A stretch of 63,025 bases of DNA, the filler included, from Octopus bimaculoides (lineage: Eukaryota), in assembly GCF_001194135.2 (NCBI RefSeq). It is 4 parts of 4 records of this genome, joined end to end, with 100 filler letters (N's around TTAATTAATTAA, not from the genome) between each part and the next. Parts side by side here need not be neighbours in the genome. Positions count along the whole stretch, not along the records: positions 1 to 31,364 come from NC_068987.1; 3 more parts are not named here. One strand, written 5' to 3'. Below are positions 13,531 to 27,274 of the stretch, piece after piece. Both the position numbers and the translations under genes were made by a program. The first letter of the stretch is position 1; each line of letters begins with the position of its first letter. Under the pieces are notes generated by a model. That model did no database searches. It saw only the letters and a list, made by a program, of their open reading frames with translations, and was not told where the DNA came from.

Positions 13531-13686
13531 CGGGGGTGGGGGTATCAAGAGATCATCGTTGATGGCCACACCACTTCTCCAGACAATGTCTCTACTGTCC
13601 ATTCTTAGTCTTTTTCTCTCTCTTTTCTTTTCTTTTCTCTTTCTCTCTCTCTCTCTGTGTGTATGTGTTCGGTAAATACACATATG

Positions 13687-13718
<32 letters not shown>

Positions 13719-13985
13719 TATAGGTATATGTGTGCATGTATGTATTTCGTGTGAAGCTTAGAAGCGATGCACGTTAGCTTAACTCGAAACAGCCACCATC
13801 TTGACGAGTAAACCTTACGCATGTCTAGAGAAACACGCGAGCTTACTTTCATTCGTCCTTAGTCGAAAGACACCTGTTGTTAATGTCCTTTATTTGCATT
13901 TGTATTTGTGTACCATTTCTCTGTTTTTCCGTCCTTGTTTTTTTGCATCGTCTGTCTGGATGTTTTGCGTTCTTGTCCCATTTTT

Positions 13986-13987
<2 letters not shown>

Positions 13988-14023
<36 letters not shown>

Positions 14024-14393
14024 TATAAACATATATATATTTACATATATATTTATGCATATATATAGTTATATATGTATATATTTATATATATATATTT
14101 ATATATGTATATATTTATATATATATATTTATATATGTTTATATTTATATATATATATATATTTATATATCTATATATTTATAAATATATATTTATATAT
14201 GTATATATTTATATATATATTTATATATGTATTTATATATGTATATATTTATGTATATATCTATATATGTATATATTTATGTATATATTTATATATATAT
14301 TTATTTATATATATTTATATATACATATATATATATACACATATACACACACATATATATACATACACACACATATATATATATACACACACA

Positions 14394-14486
<93 letters not shown>
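13988..14486. repeat. Compound TA/TTTA/CA microsatellite
   Basis: Read directly. Confidence 0.95.
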
Positions 14487-14489
<3 letters not shown>

Positions 14490-15352
14490 GGATCGAACAC
14501 ACGATCATGTCATTACGATGAGAAATTCTTCCTGGCCCCGTCATATGTCACATATATCCCAAACATTAATTCCGACCTTTCTTCTAAATACTTAATTTGT
14601 CTTTACAAAACATAAGGACCGTTTTGCCCAGATTAAGATCTTGTGAAGAAAACACAATATTTATTATGTTCTACGTAGTTCTAACCGTATTTATAAAAAC
14701 CAATACGTCAGTAATTTTACCAACACGCATTCTTGAAATATATGAGTTTTTCAAATTAAATTTATCCGATTTTCAATAGCCTCACCGTAAATACATTTTA
14801 GTTTAATTTTATTTTCAGTAACCTCTTCAATCCTTATTACTTTCTTTTATAATTCAGAAAAAAATATTTAAATGAACTCCAGATTATACTTTTGAAAACA
14901 GATCAAAATAAGAGAAATGGAAACGAAATACAAAAGATAAAAACTTAAACAACATCATATAAACATAATCCAATGCTTGGCCAGAAATGAGATGTCTTCT
15001 CCCGAGTGAATATTCAACGTTTATTTACATAATTTACTGAAAATTCAAGCTAACTTTATGGTTTGACCATCGTATTAGGTTAAATATTTCTTAGAAACAC
15101 AACTCCAAGACAATTATGCGTTAGTTTTACAATAATAGCCAAAATATTTCTATGAAACAGGACTCCAAGGCAATTTTGTTATAGTTTTACAATAATAAAC
15201 CAAAGACGTTGAGTTTATCCTTTACAAAACCAAATCTTTGAATATTGTTGAATTTGTGTCTGACTTGGTATTGTGGAAGAGGGCGCTGGCGGGATTGATT
15301 ATCTTCCTGTTATCCTAATTTGTTATAACATTGAAACTTTTGTTGATTATAG

Positions 15353-15440
15353 AAAAAGAACTCAATGCTGGGTGTAGACTAGATGAAAGGGAGACGGTAG
15401 ACCCGTATTACTGTTACCCCTGTTATTGTCAAAGTCGCAG
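15353..15440 (+). CDS. Candidate exon C (phase 1 to 2): (E)KELNAGCRLDERETVDPYYCYPCYCQSR, Cys-rich with VWC-like spacing
   Basis: Acceptor CTTTTGTTGATTATAG| and donor CAG|GTGTGT. Open frame with C-x2-C-x-C; the phase matches exon B (G+AA = Glu). Confidence 0.45.
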
Positions 15441-15450
15441 GTGTGTGTAT

Positions 15451-15501
<51 letters not shown>

Positions 15502-15547
15502 TTTATGTGTTTCAGCCAAGTGGCTGCGGTCATGCTGTATATATATG

Positions 15548-15579
<32 letters not shown>

Positions 15580-15614
15580 TATGTATGTATATATGCGTGT
15601 GTATATGTTTGTGT

Positions 15615-15803
15615 ATGTGTGTCCCCCAACATCGATGGTGGTGTGTTTACGTCCCCGTGACTTAGCGGTTCAGCATTATAGACCGATAGAATAAGTATTA
15701 GGCTTACAAAGAATAAGTCCTGAGGTCGATTTGTTCGACTAAAGGCGGTGCTCCAGCATGGTCGCAGTCAAAATGACTAAAACGAATAAAAGAATAAAAG
15801 AAT
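15615..15803 (+). mobile_element. SINE family B, 3' half
   Basis: GGTGTGTTTACGTCCCCGTGACTTAGCGGTTC..GGCGGTGCTCCAGCATGGTCGCAGTC, tail (AATAAAAG)n; matches 36520-36700. Confidence 0.85.
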
Positions 15804-17232
15804 ATATATATATATATNNNNNNNNNNNNNNNNNNNNNNNNNNNNNNNNNNNNNNNNNNNNNNNNNNNNNNNNNNNNNNNNNNNNNNNNNNNNNNNNNNN
15901 NNNNNNNNNNNNNNNNNNNNNNNNNNNNNNNNNNNNNNNNNNNNNNNNNNNNNNNNNNNNNNNNNNNNNNNNNNNNNNNNNNNNNNNNNNNNNNNNNNNN
16001 NNNNNNNNNNNNNNNNNNNNNNNNNNNNNNNNNNNNNNNNNNNNNNNNNNNNNNNNNNNNNNNNNNNNNNNNNNNNNNNNNNNNNNNNNNNNNNNNNNNN
16101 NNNNNNNNNNNNNNNNNNNNNNNNNNNNNNNNNNNNNNNNNNNNNNNNNNNNNNNNNNNNNNNNNNNNNNNNNNNNNNNNNNNNNNNNNNNNNNNNNNNN
16201 NNNNNNNNNNNNNNNNNNNNNNNNNNNNNNNNNNNNNNNNNNNNNNNNNNNNNNNNNNNNNNNNNNNNNNNNNNNNNNNNNNNNNNNNNNNNNNNNNNNN
16301 NNNNNNNNNNNNNNNNNNNNNNNNNNNNNNNNNNNNNNNNNNNNNNNNNNNNNNNNNNNNNNNNNNNNNNNNNNNNNNNNNNNNNNNNNNNNNNNNNNNN
16401 NNNNNNNNNNNNNNNNNNNNNNNNNNNNNNNNNNNNNNNNNNNNNNNNNNNNNNNNNNNNNNNNNNNNNNNNNNNNNNNNNNNNNNNNNNNNNNNNNNNN
16501 NNNNNNNNNNNNNNNNNNNNNNNNNNNNNNNNNNNNNNNNNNNNNNNNNNNNNNNNNNNNNNNNNNNNNNNNNNNNNNNNNNNNNNNNNNNNNNNNNNNN
16601 NNNNNNNNNNNNNNNNNNNNNNNNNNNNNNNNNNNNNNNNNNNNNNNNNNNNNNNNNNNNNNNNNNNNNNNNNNNNNNNNNNNNNNNNNNNNNNNNNNNN
16701 NNNNNNNNNNNNNNNNNNNNNNNNNNNNNNNNNNNNNNNTATATATACATAACTTAGATATGTTACAGCCAACTCTTGACCTAAGCCACTTAATAGCACC
16801 ACATATATATATATATATGTGTGTGTGTGTAAGTGCGTGTGTGTATACGTATACACACACACATATATATATCTGTGTGCGGGAATTATTTTGGCATATA
16901 TACAAGGTGGGATTTAACACTGTTTCCATCTATGAAATACCACGTATAGGCCAATGCATAACGGGTTCCACTAAATTTTAGTTGAAGACAACTGTCCAAT
17001 GTTCCTTGCGTTGCGGTCGAATCAATACTTGAACCGTATCACAGAGACCCACTTAGTAAGCACAAAATCGCGTTACGTGTGTGGCCATGTGAGAGCGTTT
17101 CTATCTGTCACAGTGATATACTACCTAACTCTCTCACACCTTCTAACCGTCCACTCCCGTTTACAAATCAAGTATCTCAGTGTATATAAACTAATCCGTA
17201 TGAATGTTTCAGAGATGGAAAGCTAGTGTGTA

Positions 17233-17296
<64 letters not shown>

Positions 17297-17639
17297 CATA
17301 CATGCATATATGATGGATATTTCTATCGTGTTGTATCGTGACACCGACTTCGCTAACGTCACACGTTCACTGCACTACAGATGAGCTTTTAGTGGAAGTG
17401 ACATTTCTCGTTTATTGATCTTGTTTCATTATTTCATGGCAGAAAAATAAATAAATATGTGTGTGTGCGTGTGTGTGTGTGTATGTGTGTGTGTGTGTGT
17501 GTGAGTGTGAATATATATATATGAGTATATAGAGAGGTACACATATAAGTACATATATACATATATATATATATGCATATATATACATAAACATAATACA
17601 ATTATAGAAATACATATACATATATATGTACGTATGTTT

Positions 17640-17678
<39 letters not shown>

Positions 17679-17874
17679 CATGTACATGTACATATACATA
17701 CATACATACATACATACATACATACATACATACATANNNNNNNNNNNNNNNNNNNNNNNNNNNNNNNNNNNNNNNNNNNNNNNNNNNNNNNNNNNNNNNN
17801 NNNNNNNNNNNNNNNNNNNNNNNTATATATATATACAATATATACATTTATGTGTGTGTGTGTGTGTGTGTGTA

Positions 17875-18010
17875 TTATCTGTGGCTATGCTGTGGCACCG
17901 TCTTGCAGAGATTTTAGTTGAACAAACCTACTCCAGAAATGTTTTCTTTTAAAGCTTGGCTCTTCTGCCATTGGTATCTTTTGCTTAACCGACGATTGTG
18001 GATGACACAA
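17875..18010 (-). mobile_element. SINE family B, degenerate 3' fragment
   Basis: The reverse complement AAGCTTTAAAAGAAA..TTTGTTCAACTAAAA..CAAGACGGTGCCACAGCATAGC aligns with 36580-36660. Confidence 0.6.
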
Positions 18011-18084
18011 GCACAAGGACGCGCGCATGCACACTCACAAACATATACACATACACGTTCACATATTCACACGCACACATGTAA

Positions 18085-18115
<31 letters not shown>

Positions 18116-18618
18116 CTCGACGGGAATACCTGCCACCACTCCTCCTCTCACCACGCTACTGCTTCTTTCGACTGTAATATTATGACCTCTGCTCCTCTGA
18201 ATATTTAAAACCTGCACCACCCAAACCACCAACCTGGAGGATTGCGTGGCGGAGAAATCATGAACAACCACAAAAGAAAATCAGTCGGAGATTCCCCAAC
18301 ATTCTCTAAATCCACTTTTCAAACCGAAAACTTGCATTCCATAAAATGTCCCAGGGAGGGAATTCTGGTTCTGTTACTGAGTTCTAATGTTTAGTAAGAG
18401 TTTTGGTACGAAATCTGTGCTGATGCCTGTGGTGGCTACTCTAGATTCAATGGACGTGATAGTCTTGTATATTTTTGGAGATGGTTCCGACTCTGAAATT
18501 GATGTAGCCGTGCATGAAAATGATGGTTGCTCAGCTTCAGCCATTATGACGGCATCTGGATAGGGCTGAACGCTGGTTATAGAGCGCACTACATCACCTT
18601 ATTCACCACACACACGCA

Positions 18619-18650
<32 letters not shown>

Positions 18651-19711
18651 GATATACATATATATATTATATTTATATATATATATATTATATATTTATA
18701 TATATACACATATATATACGTATAGATATTGTACGTGTGTTTGTGTGTGATTGTATGTATATATATGGGAGAGACAAAGAAAAAGGAGAAGAGAAGAAAA
18801 GAGAGACAGGAGGGTAACAGATAGACATTCATATATATATATATATATATATATATACGTGTCATTGTTATATTATTCTATGTATGTAATGTATACATAA
18901 ATTGGTAAATTGGTAAATTGGTAAATTCTTAGTTATTAATTAATATTCATACAGTGGTCAGTTTCTGAGCTGGCATTCTCTCTGTGAAATTAAGTTTACT
19001 TACAATAATTAAAAAATCTAATTAATATTCTCTCATTAATGCAGCATATCGAATCGGAGTTATGTAAAATATAAAAGACAAGGCGTAAATCAGATGAGAA
19101 ATGGTCGCATCTTCACATTGTTCGTGTCTTTGGTAGAATTTACAGACAATCGAGCTTATTAGAATGGTGCCTCGTTGTCTTCACGCCGCCAGAATGGTGT
19201 CGACGTATTCATGGTGGTATACACTCGATCTATGATACATCTACTTTCCCTCACACTCTCTCTCATTCTTTTCTCTTTTCCCTTCTCTCTCTCCTCTCTC
19301 ATTCTTACATATATATATTTACATAAACATACATATATTTTGTGTCTATTTGTATATGTGTGTATGTATATATGTATGTGTATGTATGTGTATGTATGCA
19401 TGTATGGGTAGATGTATACATTTTGAGGTGTGTATATGTATGTGTGTAGAAGAAACGGTCAATCACACATTTATCAAATACACAATATACAAGAATAATT
19501 GTTTCTAACCCTGGCACTCGTCCACAAACATACAGAGGAAAGGAATGGCATTTGTCTGCTGGAATGTAACCCTAGTGTATGACTGGTATTTATTCTATAG
19601 GCCTTGGAAGGAATGGAACGATAACGATCGCTCCAGCACCACTTCAACCCAGAACGTATAGGATTCTAAGAAAATACCTCGTGGTCAATCTACCGCCAAC
19701 GCCATTATCCT

Positions 19712-19880
19712 CAGAATTTCTATCACAGGCACAAGGAATTTGAGGGGAAGGGGTTTGTCACCTTTAGGGTTTTCTATGACAAAGTCGCACTTTGGGTGGA
19801 TGAAAGACAAGGTCAGCTTTGACGGGATTTGAACTTAGAACATAAAGGATTGCAACCAAAAAAGGCAGATAGTCCTGTAT
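19712..19880 (-). mobile_element. SINE family A, degenerate (another decayed copy at about 19495-19680)
   Basis: TTTCTATCACAGGCACAAGG..GGATGAAAGACAAGGTCAGCTTTGACGGGATTTGAACTTAGAAC. Confidence 0.6.
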
Positions 19881-20662
19881 CTTTCCGAGTCTGCATTATA
19901 ATCATCATCATCATCCTCATCATCAATAGATAGAGTTGTATTGATTTCTACAATAGGGTATTAAAGTGGATATTATCATGTTAATGTTTGACAGATGATA
20001 GAGAAAGGGAGAGAGAGAGAAGGAGACAGGGTGTGTGTGTGTGTGTAATTCCCTTCAATAATGGTTGAGATTTTGAAATCTGTTTATCATAATGCTGCGA
20101 CGGTATATCTAAAGATGGTTTCGAATATTTGCCATCTTAACCAGTTTGTTCGAGTTGCACGAAACTCTAGGACCTTGCGTATCCATACTTCTTCACCTAA
20201 CAATCCTCTATGCATTCTCTACTATCTGTATTGAGTTCAGTTTTTGTTATTTGTCAATGCAAGCAAGATACATAAGTAGGTAGATAAATAGTAAGATAGA
20301 TAAATAAATGGATATATAAAGAGAAAGATAGCTAGATAACAATGTAGATCCATAGATGAAAAGTGAGAGNNNNNNNNNNNNNNNNNNNNNNNNNNNNNNN
20401 NNNNNNNNNNNNNNNNNNNNNNNNNNNNNNNNNNNNNNNNNNNNNNNNNNNNNNNNNNNNNNNNNNNNNNNNNNNNNNNNNNNNNNNNNNNNNNNNNNNN
20501 NNNNNNNNNNNNNNNNNNNNNNNNNNNNNNNNNNNNNNNNNNNNNNNNNNNNNNNNNNNNNNNNNNNNNNNNNNNNNNNNNNNNNNNNNNNNNNNNNNNN
20601 NNNNNNNNNNNNNNNNNNNNNNNNNNNNNNNNNNNNNNNNNNNNNNNNNNNNNNNNNNNNNN

Positions 20663-20726
<64 letters not shown>

Positions 20727-21323
20727 ACGTGGAGGAAATGCAGGAAAACTGAATGTAAATACGATTTATAAAACGTCAGAATCAAACCGAAGTCTTCATT
20801 GTGTTTCTATGAGTAATGTCCAATAAAAATGTAAGATTGACTAGCTTCGAAATATAATTTTCATCTTTTATAGAATAGCATTAAACATTGAATACAGCAA
20901 ACAACGGAACTGTCTCATTGAATAATTCTATGTAGACTAACGAGTTGGCTGTATTTTGAACTTGGTGACAGTTCATTGCAGCAAGAATTCGGTGTTGTTT
21001 ATTTGCGAAGTGAAAAAGATGATGTATTGCCAAAATGTAACATTAGAACGAGGCTCTAACAATGGCGACTGCTTACGTTTGTTTTCTATTATTAAAGTTA
21101 TTTATAGAATTTCTCAATCGTTTGAATGTCACATTTACCCCTCACTCAGTGAAGGTACCTCATCGAGATCATTCTGACTGCTAGAAATAGCAAGCAAATT
21201 TCCCTTGTATGTATGTATTTGGTGAGAAACTAACTTTTGTTAGTAGTGCACACAAACAATTGTTGTGATTTACGCCAGTTCGTTCCATGCTCCTGCTTTA
21301 TCAATCTGTGCGTGTATACATAC

Positions 21324-21365
<42 letters not shown>

Positions 21366-21473
21366 GTACATACATACACGCACACACATTTATATAGATA
21401 GACAGATACATACAGAGACAGACAGACAAACAGACAAAAAATTCTAGAGATAAAGAATGTCTGAGTGCACTTG

Positions 21474-21534
<61 letters not shown>

Positions 21535-22014
21535 GCATGTATGTATGTATATATATGTGTGTGTGTGTGTGTGTGTTTGTGTGTGTACCTGTCTCTATGA
21601 GTAATTATATGTCTTTGGATGTTCCTCGACATCACACGCCATGCCATCATCAAAGAGAATATATTGTGACAATCCACATCCATAGAATGTTACAGGAGAC
21701 GCATTAACTCATACACTCGCCCTTACTCATTACGTTTCTGTATATATACATACAGGCACATACACACATATATATTACTGACATTGTTATATATCTATAT
21801 ATGTAAACGTTTATATATCTATCTATATATATATATATGTGTGTGTGTGTGTTTATATATGTATTTATGTTTGTATGTGTATACATATATATATGCATAT
21901 ATTTGTTAATACGTATATAACACATGCGTGTATACACACACCCATAAACACATAGATACACATAGGTACATACGTACACACAGAGGTATAGACACTCAAT
22001 CATTTAGCTATTCC

Positions 22015-22207
22015 AAGCAGAAACGTTACCGCGCCAGACAAATTGCTTAATTTTTCGTCTGACTTTACTCTCTGGTCTCAAATTCCGCCGAGGAATTTCA
22101 ACTCACAACAGGGTCGATGAAGAAAATACTAATTGTGCATTTAGGTCAATGTAATCGACTTATACTTTCCACAAAAGTTTCAAGCTTTAAGCCTATAACA
22201 GAAAGAG
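22015..22207 (+). mobile_element. SINE family A followed by (CTT)n(ATT)n
   Basis: GCAGAAACGTTA..TCAAATTCCGCCGAGG..GGGTCGATGAA..GTAATCGACTT..GCCTATAACAGAAAG. Confidence 0.7.
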
Positions 22208-22208
22208 C

Positions 22209-22230
22209 TCTTCTTTTTCTTCTTCTTCTT

Positions 22231-22326
<96 letters not shown>
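22209..22326. repeat. (CTT)n joined to (ATT)n
   Basis: Read directly. Confidence 0.95.
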
Positions 22327-22327
<1 letters not shown>

Positions 22328-22470
22328 CCTCCGCCTTAGCGAAGGCAGCAGTATTGTTTTCAGTCGTGTTTGTTTGTCTGTGGACAAGATATCTCAAGAG
22401 CAGTTGGATGTATTAGGAAGAAACTCGTAACTGGTACCAACTAATTAGATTTGGGGATCTAATTAGATTT
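22321..22470 (+). mobile_element. 5' fragment of the same Helentron-type family
   Basis: TTACCTCCGCCTTAGCGAAGGC..TTTTCAGTCG.GTTTGTTTGTC.GTGGACAA.ATATCTCAAGA matches 5455-5530. Confidence 0.7.
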
Positions 22471-22562
22471 ATAATGCCGACATATTGTCCAGTGTAAATA
22501 CTGGCCGACTCTGCCATGTCTTGCTTTATATTCTACAGGTGCTAAGACTCTACACCCTGAGA

Positions 22563-22752
22563 TTAGGTGGTCTGTTATTGAGAATTGTTAGCACATCAGA
22601 TAATGTGCTTCGTAGGATTTCTGACTTTGCTTTCTGAGTTCACATTCTGCCGAGGTCGACTTAGCCTTTCATCCTTCGGGTCCGATAAAATAAGTGCCAG
22701 TCGAGTACTGGGGTTCGATGAACTTGCTGGCCTTGTGCTAAATTTTGAAATT
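22563..22752 (+). mobile_element. SINE family A with an (ATT)n tail
   Basis: GAGTTCACATTCTGCCGAGGTCGACTTAGCCTTTCATCCTTCGGG..ATAAAATAAGTGCCAG..GGCCTTGTGC. Confidence 0.8.
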
Positions 22753-22899
22753 ATTATTATTATTATTATTATTATCATCGCTATGTTTTTATATGCACAC
22801 ATATACAGGTACCACACACTCAAATATCAGCAATTTAGCTGCCGCAGGCCATGGGTTCAGGACAAGCTGGAGCTCTATACATTCAAACATACACACATA

Positions 22900-23020
22900 C
22901 ATACAGACACAGATATACACACACTGCACCATTAGAGCAGATAGGTACATTAAACACACACATACAGACACAGATATACACATAGTAGCATTATAGCAGA
23001 TAGGTACATTGAACACACAC
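22900..23020. repeat. 61-bp tandem duplication
   Basis: CATACAGACACAGATATACAC and AGCAGATAGGTACATT each occur twice at the same period. Confidence 0.8.
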
Positions 23021-23296
23021 AAAATCACACGGCTTCTGTTTAAAAACCGATGCAAGTTAAAACCCACAGTGTCCCTAGAGAGTGGACGCGTCCACTTTGG
23101 ATCCATTGGGGTATTTACCAATTTACCAATATTCCAATCAATATGAACGCAGTTGCTGTGTAACTATACAGGAACATTCCAATTGGAATCATCCAGCCAC
23201 AACCTCTGTCATTCTCACCTATATTCCTCGAAATTTATTACTGAAGAACATTACAAGCATATCAACATGGCCGCCAATTGAATGACATTAGGTTTG

Positions 23297-23298
23297 AT

Positions 23299-23340
<42 letters not shown>

Positions 23341-23970
23341 TTGTGCTTCTGGGTGCGCGTGTGGATATGCACGTGTGTGTATATGCATGTGTGTGTCTGT
23401 ACGTGTGTGCGTAGTGAATTTGTGTGGGTGAGTATATGCATGTGTGTGTATATGATGTGTCTGTGGGTGTGTGCGTTTGTGAATTTCTGTGGGTGTGTAT
23501 ATGCATGTGTGTATATGGACGTGTGTGTGTGTGCCTGTGTGTGTGCGTTTGTGAATCTGTGTGGGTGTGTATATGCACGTGTGTGTATATGCATATGTGT
23601 GTGCGTGTGTGCATGCGTGTGTGCATCTGTATGCGTGTGAATATGCACGTGTGTGCATGTGCGTCTGTATAAGCGTGTATATGCGTTTGTGCCTGTGTGT
23701 CGTTGTGCATATGCTTGCGTGTGTATATGCATGTGTGTGTCTGTAGGTGTGTATGTATGCGTTTGTGCACCTGTATGCGTGTGTATATGCACGTTTGTGT
23801 ATATGCATGTGTTTATCTGTATGTGCGTGTGTGTATGCGCTTGTGCATCTGTATGCACGTGTGTGCATATGCATCTAATGTCTGTAGTTGTGTGTGCGTA
23901 TGTGTGTATGCGTTTGTGCATCCATGTGCGTGTGCGCCTCTATATGTGTACGTATGTGTTTGTGTGTGTG
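23297..23970. repeat. Long compound (TG)n-derived degenerate satellite
   Basis: Pure (TG)n followed by recurring motifs such as GTGTATATGCA(T/C)GTGTG and GCGTTTGTG. Confidence 0.9.
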
Positions 23971-24295
23971 AATGATTATAACCGATGGCCTACAGGTGGC
24001 TGAAAGGTATATATAGATAGGTGCGAGTGTATGCGTATTATGGATGTAGAAAGCTCAGGTGTCACACTGCAGCAATTAAAATCTAAATGATAAATGTAAT
24101 ATTTAGATAAAGGAGGCAAATTAGAATTTATAGAGGTCTCTTTCACCTGAAGCTGTCAGAATTCACGTTCCTCGTGGGACTGATTCAGTCGCTATCACGC
24201 GTGAAGATACATTGATTCTCGTGCAGTATCCTCTAATCTTCGACATTTGGTATTAAAAACTACTACAGAGATAAATAGACAGATAGGTAGAGGGA

Positions 24296-25239
<944 letters not shown>

Positions 25240-25241
<2 letters not shown>

Positions 25242-25478
25242 CTATATAAATGACCTTTCCAGCGTCGTAAATCACTGCAAAGTGAAAATATTTGCTGATG
25301 ACACTAAGCTTCTGAAAATCATCAATGAAGAAGAAGACCGAACCCAACTCCAGACTGATCTACATTTTGTGAGTCAATGGGCAGACAAAAACAAAATGCA
25401 ACTAAACGAGGGAAAATTTGAGCTAATGCATTTTGGAAATAAGACTATGCTAAAACAACCATACTCTCTTCCTTTGGG
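25240..25478 (+). mobile_element. CR1/L2-type LINE reverse-transcriptase fragment
   Basis: Open frame [56 protein letters not shown] contains YINDL and the catalytic FADD motif. Truncated at both ends. Confidence 0.9.
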
Positions 25479-25729
25479 GAGAGACCAATTTTAAATCCCT
25501 TCATGACAGCCACGTCGGGTGCTGTCTACGGACCGAGGTTAAGCAGTAGAATATGGGGAAGCTTTCTCCCTTTACTCGGTGGTGGACATAGAAAGCACAC
25601 CCAAGAAGCTCTATTGAATACGTCTTGTGGAAAATACTGCAAGTTTAATCCTACGTTTGCTTTGGATGTAAGATAAGGAACATCTGTAGAACAATAATCA
25701 TCAGAAATATTAGACATGTTGTTGTTGTT

Positions 25730-25905
25730 GCTCTTGTTCATGTTCTTGTTATAAGTGTTGTTGTTGTTGTTTAACCCCGATCAAAGAGTTTCCGGTCTTT
25801 ATCATCTTGTCTTCTATTCAAATGGTATATTGAAAGCCTTCTTTTTTAAAGACAATTGTATATTCTGTGGGACATATTTAGCTGCTATTTCTAACAAGTT
25901 TAGAC
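25730..25905 (-). mobile_element. Fragment of a further dispersed repeat (family E, (AAC)n tail, probably a SINE)
   Basis: The reverse complement TGTTAGAAATAGCAGCTAAAT..GTCTTTAAAAAAGAAGG..GGGGTTAAACAACAAC matches + strand fragments at about 26430-26500, 28805-28895, 49520-49595 and 48500-48565. Confidence 0.55.
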
Positions 25906-26174
25906 TCTAGCGTAGACTTTCACTATTCCTGTCTCTCTTTCTCCCTCTCCTCTCTCCTCTCTCCGTCTCTCTTTCTCTCTCTCTCTCTTTCTCTCTCCTT
26001 CTCTTTCTCCCACTCTCATATTGTCTTGAAGCTGCCATGCTGAGAAACAGTGAATATATGATATATACTTTGTCCACCTAAAAAGGTCATCTTAACGTCT
26101 TTAAACCGCAAAAATATGTTTCGGGCGATATAGGGGTCACGTGGAATATTAGATGGCGATCATAAAAACGTAGA

Positions 26175-26340
26175 TATAATGCAAGAGTAGAGGACAAAAT
26201 GGCGACTATACTATCATAAATATAATACAAAAGTAGAGGATAAGATAGATACTATAACATCATAAATGTCGTGTAAGAGCAATGGAAGATGAAATAACGG
26301 CACTAAAATCATAAAGATTAATACAAGAATAAAAATGGCG
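26175..26340. repeat. Degenerate 46-bp minisatellite, about 3.5 units
   Basis: TATAATGCAAGAGTAGAGGACAAAATGGCGACTATACTATCATAAA followed by TATAATACAAAAGTAGAGGATAAGATAGATACTATAACATCATAAA and more diverged units. Confidence 0.65.
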
Positions 26341-26747
26341 GTCTTAAATACAATAACAGAATAGAATAAATGAATAAACAAAAATATCACATAGAAAACG
26401 ATGTTACATCTAACCCAGCAGTCGCTTTCGCTGTGTTAGAAATAGTGTTCAAAAATGAAGAAGTTAATATATATTGTAGTCCTAGATACACTATGTCGGG
26501 AAAAGTAAAGTGATAGCGATAGTTTACAAAAATGGTTTCATCATCGATCTGTGGATAAGAGCTAGCATGGGGCTGGATGAAAGCTCCGGGATCGGAGTCA
26601 CGGGGGGATCAAAAATGCACAGATACTATAATGATTCTAATGTCATCAGCTGAGTCTCCAAGACTCACTGAGTCACCAACAGCCTCTAACTTACAGACTA
26701 TAGTGTCTCACGCAGGCTCTTTCTATCTTTATAAGGAGTCACTGCAC

Positions 26748-26824
<77 letters not shown>
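26748..26824. repeat. (AGAT)n. Other (ATCT)n tracts at 21474-21534 and 46474-46545
   Basis: Read directly. Confidence 0.95.
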
Positions 26825-26825
<1 letters not shown>

Positions 26826-27230
26826 GTAAATAATTAGGTAACTAGATAAATAAATAGCTATATATATGTATATANNNNNNNNNNNNNNNNNNNNNNNNNN
26901 NNNNNNNNNNNNNNATATATATATATATATATATATATATAAGTAAATATATGACGAGATTCAGCTTTATAATGTTTTTAGTTATACTAATTAATTTCTA
27001 AATTTTTTAATCGAAACAGCTGTCAGAGATTATGTCTATTTTTGTAATTCAAATGATTATTAATTTATGTCTATTTTCTTATTCTTCTTAAATATATATA
27101 AACTCCAGTTTATCCAATTACCTTACAGTTGAATATTAATTATAATATTCAATACTTATAGTAATAGGTAATAAACCAGTATATTCATTGGATTTTATTA
27201 TCCCTTAATAAGGTTTTTAACCTTTAATCG

Positions 27231-27274
<44 letters not shown>

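Noticed and set aside
15082-15204. Diverged 60-bp tandem duplication
   Set aside because: Real but ordinary; two units only and no associated signal.
23081-23096. 16-bp perfect palindrome AGTGGACGCGTCCACT
   Set aside because: About one 8-bp-arm palindrome is expected by chance in a window this size; no supporting context.
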